Origin: an uncultured Gammaproteobacteria bacterium | GTDB taxonomy: Bacteria; Patescibacteriota; Patescibacteriia; Patescibacteriales; CAYMCJ01 | DNA: 36,548 nt | Assembly: GCA_964388985.1 (NCBI GenBank) | Contig: CAYMCJ010000002.1 | Location: 4,838 to 41,385, forward strand | Reading direction: 5' to 3' | Shown here: piece after piece, positions 34,377 through 36,548 of the stretch | Numbering within the stretch: the first letter of the stretch is position 1 | How the letters are laid out: every line of letters starts with the position of its first letter | Notes under the pieces: model-generated | The model's database searches: none | What the model saw: the letters and a program-made list of their open reading frames with translations, nothing else | Told to the model about the DNA's origin: nothing | Translations under genes and position numbers: made by a program

Positions 34377-35564
34377 TTATTTCATAATTTTTGTTACCAC
34401 GCCAGCGCCGACAGTTCTTCCGCCTTCCCTAATCGCAAATCTTTGCTTCTCTTCCAGAGCAATCGGAGCAATCAATTTTATTTTTAGATTTACGGTATCG
34501 CCCGGCATAACCATCTCGGTTCCTTCCGGAAGTTCAACTTCCCCGGTAACATCAGTCGTTCTAATATAAAACTGCGGTTTATATCCTTTGAAAAACGGCT
34601 TATGACGACCACCCTCTTCTTTGCTCAAAATATAAACTTCACCTTCAAATTCAGTATGAGGAGTGACTGTCCCCGGCTTGGCTAAAACCTGGCCTCGCTC
34701 CACCTCATCTTTCTTCGTGCCTCTTAACAATACTCCGGCATTATCACCGGCCCGTCCCTCATCCAACGATTTATTAAACATTTCTATTCCAGTAACAACT
34801 GTTTTTTGGGTCGCTTTTAGGCCGATAATTTCAATCTCATCATTTATTTTAACAATACCCCTCTCAATCCTCCCGGTTACAACCGTGCCGCGACCTTCAA
34901 TGGAAAAAATATCTTCAATTGGCATCAAGAATGGTTTTTCAACATCACGCTTCGGCTCAGGTATATATTCATCCAAAGCTTTTATTAAATCAAGGATGGC
35001 CTGTGAATCATCACCGGTCGGATTTTCCAATGCTTTTAAGGCCGAGCCACGAATAATAGGAGTTTCATCGCCCGGAAATTCATATTTTTTAAGTAAATCT
35101 CTTATTTCTTCCTCTACTAAATCAATTAATTCCTTATCTTCAACCATATCACATTTATTCAAAAAGACAACAATATAAGGAACGCCTACTTGGCGAGCCA
35201 ATAATATATGTTCTCTGGTTTGCGGCATGGGACCGTCGGTAGCAGCTACTACCAAGATAGAACCGTCCATCTGCGCTGCGCCAGTAATCATATTTTTTAC
35301 ATAATCGGCGTGTCCGGGGCAATCAACGTGCGCATAATGCTTATTCTCGGATTCATATTCAACATGGGCCGTAGCAATGGTAATGCCGCGCTCCCTTTCC
35401 TCGGGAGCGGCATCAATCTGGTCAACGGTTTTTTCCGATGCCCTTAGGCCCTTGGCGGCCAAAACTTTAAGTATGGCTGCTGTCAAAGTGGTTTTTCCAT
35501 GATCAACGTGGCCAATAGTGCCAACATTAACATGGGGCTTTGTACGTTCAAATTTTTCTGCCAT
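34377..35564 (-). CDS. tuf: Elongation factor Tu
   Basis: [18 protein letters not shown] and NKCD; 395 aa. Confidence 0.98.
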   Translation of the reverse strand: MAEKFERTKPHVNVGTIGHVDHGKTTLTAAILKVLAAKGLRASEKTVDQIDAAPEERERGITIATAHVEYESENKHYAHVDCPGHADYVKNMITGAAQMDGSILVVAATDGPMPQTREHILLARQVGVPYIVVFLNKCDMVEDKELIDLVEEEIRDLLKKYEFPGDETPIIRGSALKALENPTGDDSQAILDLIKALDEYIPEPKRDVEKPFLMPIEDIFSIEGRGTVVTGRIERGIVKINDEIEIIGLKATQKTVVTGIEMFNKSLDEGRAGDNAGVLLRGTKKDEVERGQVLAKPGTVTPHTEFEGEVYILSKEEGGRHKPFFKGYKPQFYIRTTDVTGEVELPEGTEMVMPGDTVNLKIKLIAPIALEEKQRFAIREGGRTVGAGVVTKIMK

Positions 35565-35680
35565 TTTTTTAATTTACGGCCCCTGCTACAATGGCAAGGT
35601 TACTATCCCGCGCAAGTTTTACAATTAAAATTGTAAAAAGGGGACACCAGCCGCTTGTGTTATTTATTATAATTTAATAT

Positions 35681-36124
35681 TTAAATATTTATTATTTCTT
35701 CAGCTCCTTTTTTTATGTTTGGCGGTATAGCCCAACCCTTTCCTTCTTTCCCTCCCTTTTCTTCGTTGTCAAAGCCAATATCTTCTTCATTATAATAATA
35801 CATATCTTCATCATCAATATCATCAAAATCATCAAAATCATTATTTGGAGAAGAACGACTGTTTTTCTTTATATTTTTATTCTCATTTTTATATTTATTA
35901 TCGGTATCATTATCACTTTTCCAAATAGCTATATCCCGATTTATTTTATCAAGTAATTCATCTTCTGTCAAGTTCCTCACTTCTGAATAACCAATAACTA
36001 ATTTCTCGTATTCATCTATGCTCATAATTACAAAAGCTTCTTCAGACATGGCGGTATCAACAACCATTACCCTGTCCCCGGTCTTTTTGGCTAAATTCAT
36101 TGCTTTTTGTAATGTTTTGTCCAT
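35681..36124 (-). CDS. Hypothetical protein: Phd/YefM-like N-terminal region plus a highly acidic C-terminal tail
   Basis: DRVMVVDTAMSEEAFVIMSIDEYEKLV resembles the antitoxin-fold N-terminus. The tail is NNDFDDFDDIDDEDMYYYNEEDIGFDNEE. No toxin partner lies adjacent. Confidence 0.45.
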   Translation of the reverse strand: MDKTLQKAMNLAKKTGDRVMVVDTAMSEEAFVIMSIDEYEKLVIGYSEVRNLTEDELLDKINRDIAIWKSDNDTDNKYKNENKNIKKNSRSSPNNDFDDFDDIDDEDMYYYNEEDIGFDNEEKGGKEGKGWAIPPNIKKGAEEIINI

Positions 36125-36284
36125 GAAATTATAATTTATTATCTAAATTTATATTTACTATTCTACACAAAATTTAATAATTCGTCAAATATAAAAATTT
36201 ATTTAATTTAAAATATGGCCCACTTCAGAAAACAATCCTTAGCTGGGCCAATTCTCTCCCGGGCTGACTCTGGTTAACTGATGA

Positions 36285-36440
36285 TTAAGATACTTTCCCT
36301 GCTCTTCTGACAAAATAGACGATTATGCCAATAACGGCACAAAATCCTCCCCAAATACCAAAAGCAACAATGGGAAATTTAAACCTGGAAACATTGGAAA
36401 CAGTATTATATAAAAAAATCATATAAGCGACAACCAACAT
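36285..36440 (-). CDS. Short ORF (51 aa) encoding two hydrophobic helices; possibly the 3' part of a disrupted small membrane protein gene
   Basis: Hand translation gives MLVVAYMIFLYNTVSNVSRFKFPIVAFGIWGGFCAVIGIIVYFVRRAGKVS. A strong AAAGGAGG plus ATG at 36498 opens a different frame that stops after 21 codons (36433). Confidence 0.25.
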   Translation of the reverse strand: MLVVAYMIFLYNTVSNVSRFKFPIVAFGIWGGFCAVIGIIVYFVRRAGKVS

Positions 36441-36548
36441 CCCTAAAACAGAAATAAATAAAGCCGACCGCCTTTCCAGTTAACAAAAGACATCCTCTTC
36501 GTTTCCATTTTATTCCTCCTTTAAAAAATAAAATGAGCATTACTATAT

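Noticed and set aside
1170-35447. All plus-strand ORFs in the track (for example 1170-1466, 2293-2508, 6266-6571, 13370-13759, 18346-18675, 20124-20501, 22045-22365, 29368-29772 and 34663-35178)
   Set aside because: Each lies antisense to a minus-strand gene with clear conserved motifs. Their products are low-complexity Ile/Phe/Ser/Leu-rich strings typical of antisense frames in AT-rich DNA. None has an obvious ribosome-binding site.

Overview
This is an AT-rich bacterial window (roughly one-third G+C, judged by eye). Every credible gene is on the minus strand. All plus-strand ORFs in the track are antisense shadows of conserved genes. The right half (21.4-35.6 kb) holds tuf and the S10/spc ribosomal-protein cluster, rpsJ through rplO, followed by secY. 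That cluster lacks rpmD (L30), carries several long ribosomal-protein tails, and has unusually long, structured spacers between genes. Together with two four-helix-bundle genes and a DUF5671-like membrane protein, this fits a Candidate Phyla Radiation (Patescibacteria, Parcubacteria-like) genome using the standard code. The left half carries housekeeping genes: map, ruvX, recO, aspS, asnS, scpA/scpB, tpiA, class II fba, a DD-carboxypeptidase, a GT2 glycosyltransferase and a YbaK-like deacylase. Small accessory insertions sit among them:
- an IS200/IS605-like RAYT-type gene with a duplicated, in-frame, GC-rich GTAG-headed palindrome;
- a frameshifted Nth-like DNA glycosylase;
- a four-helix-bundle gene bracketed by perfect 21-bp inverted repeats;
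- a visibly G+C-richer response-regulator/pyrF/pyrE module;
- a 160-bp imperfect palindromic element;
- a REP-like 55-bp doublet at the window edge.
I recognised no rRNA, tRNA or CRISPR array. I found no clear multi-gene defence or secretion-type novel system. The most unusual content is non-coding: GC-rich hairpin islands and spacer-specific AT-rich inverted repeats embedded in essential operons. There is also one pair of uncharacterised small ORFs coupled to recO. All protein calls rest on motifs recognised by eye, because no database search was possible.
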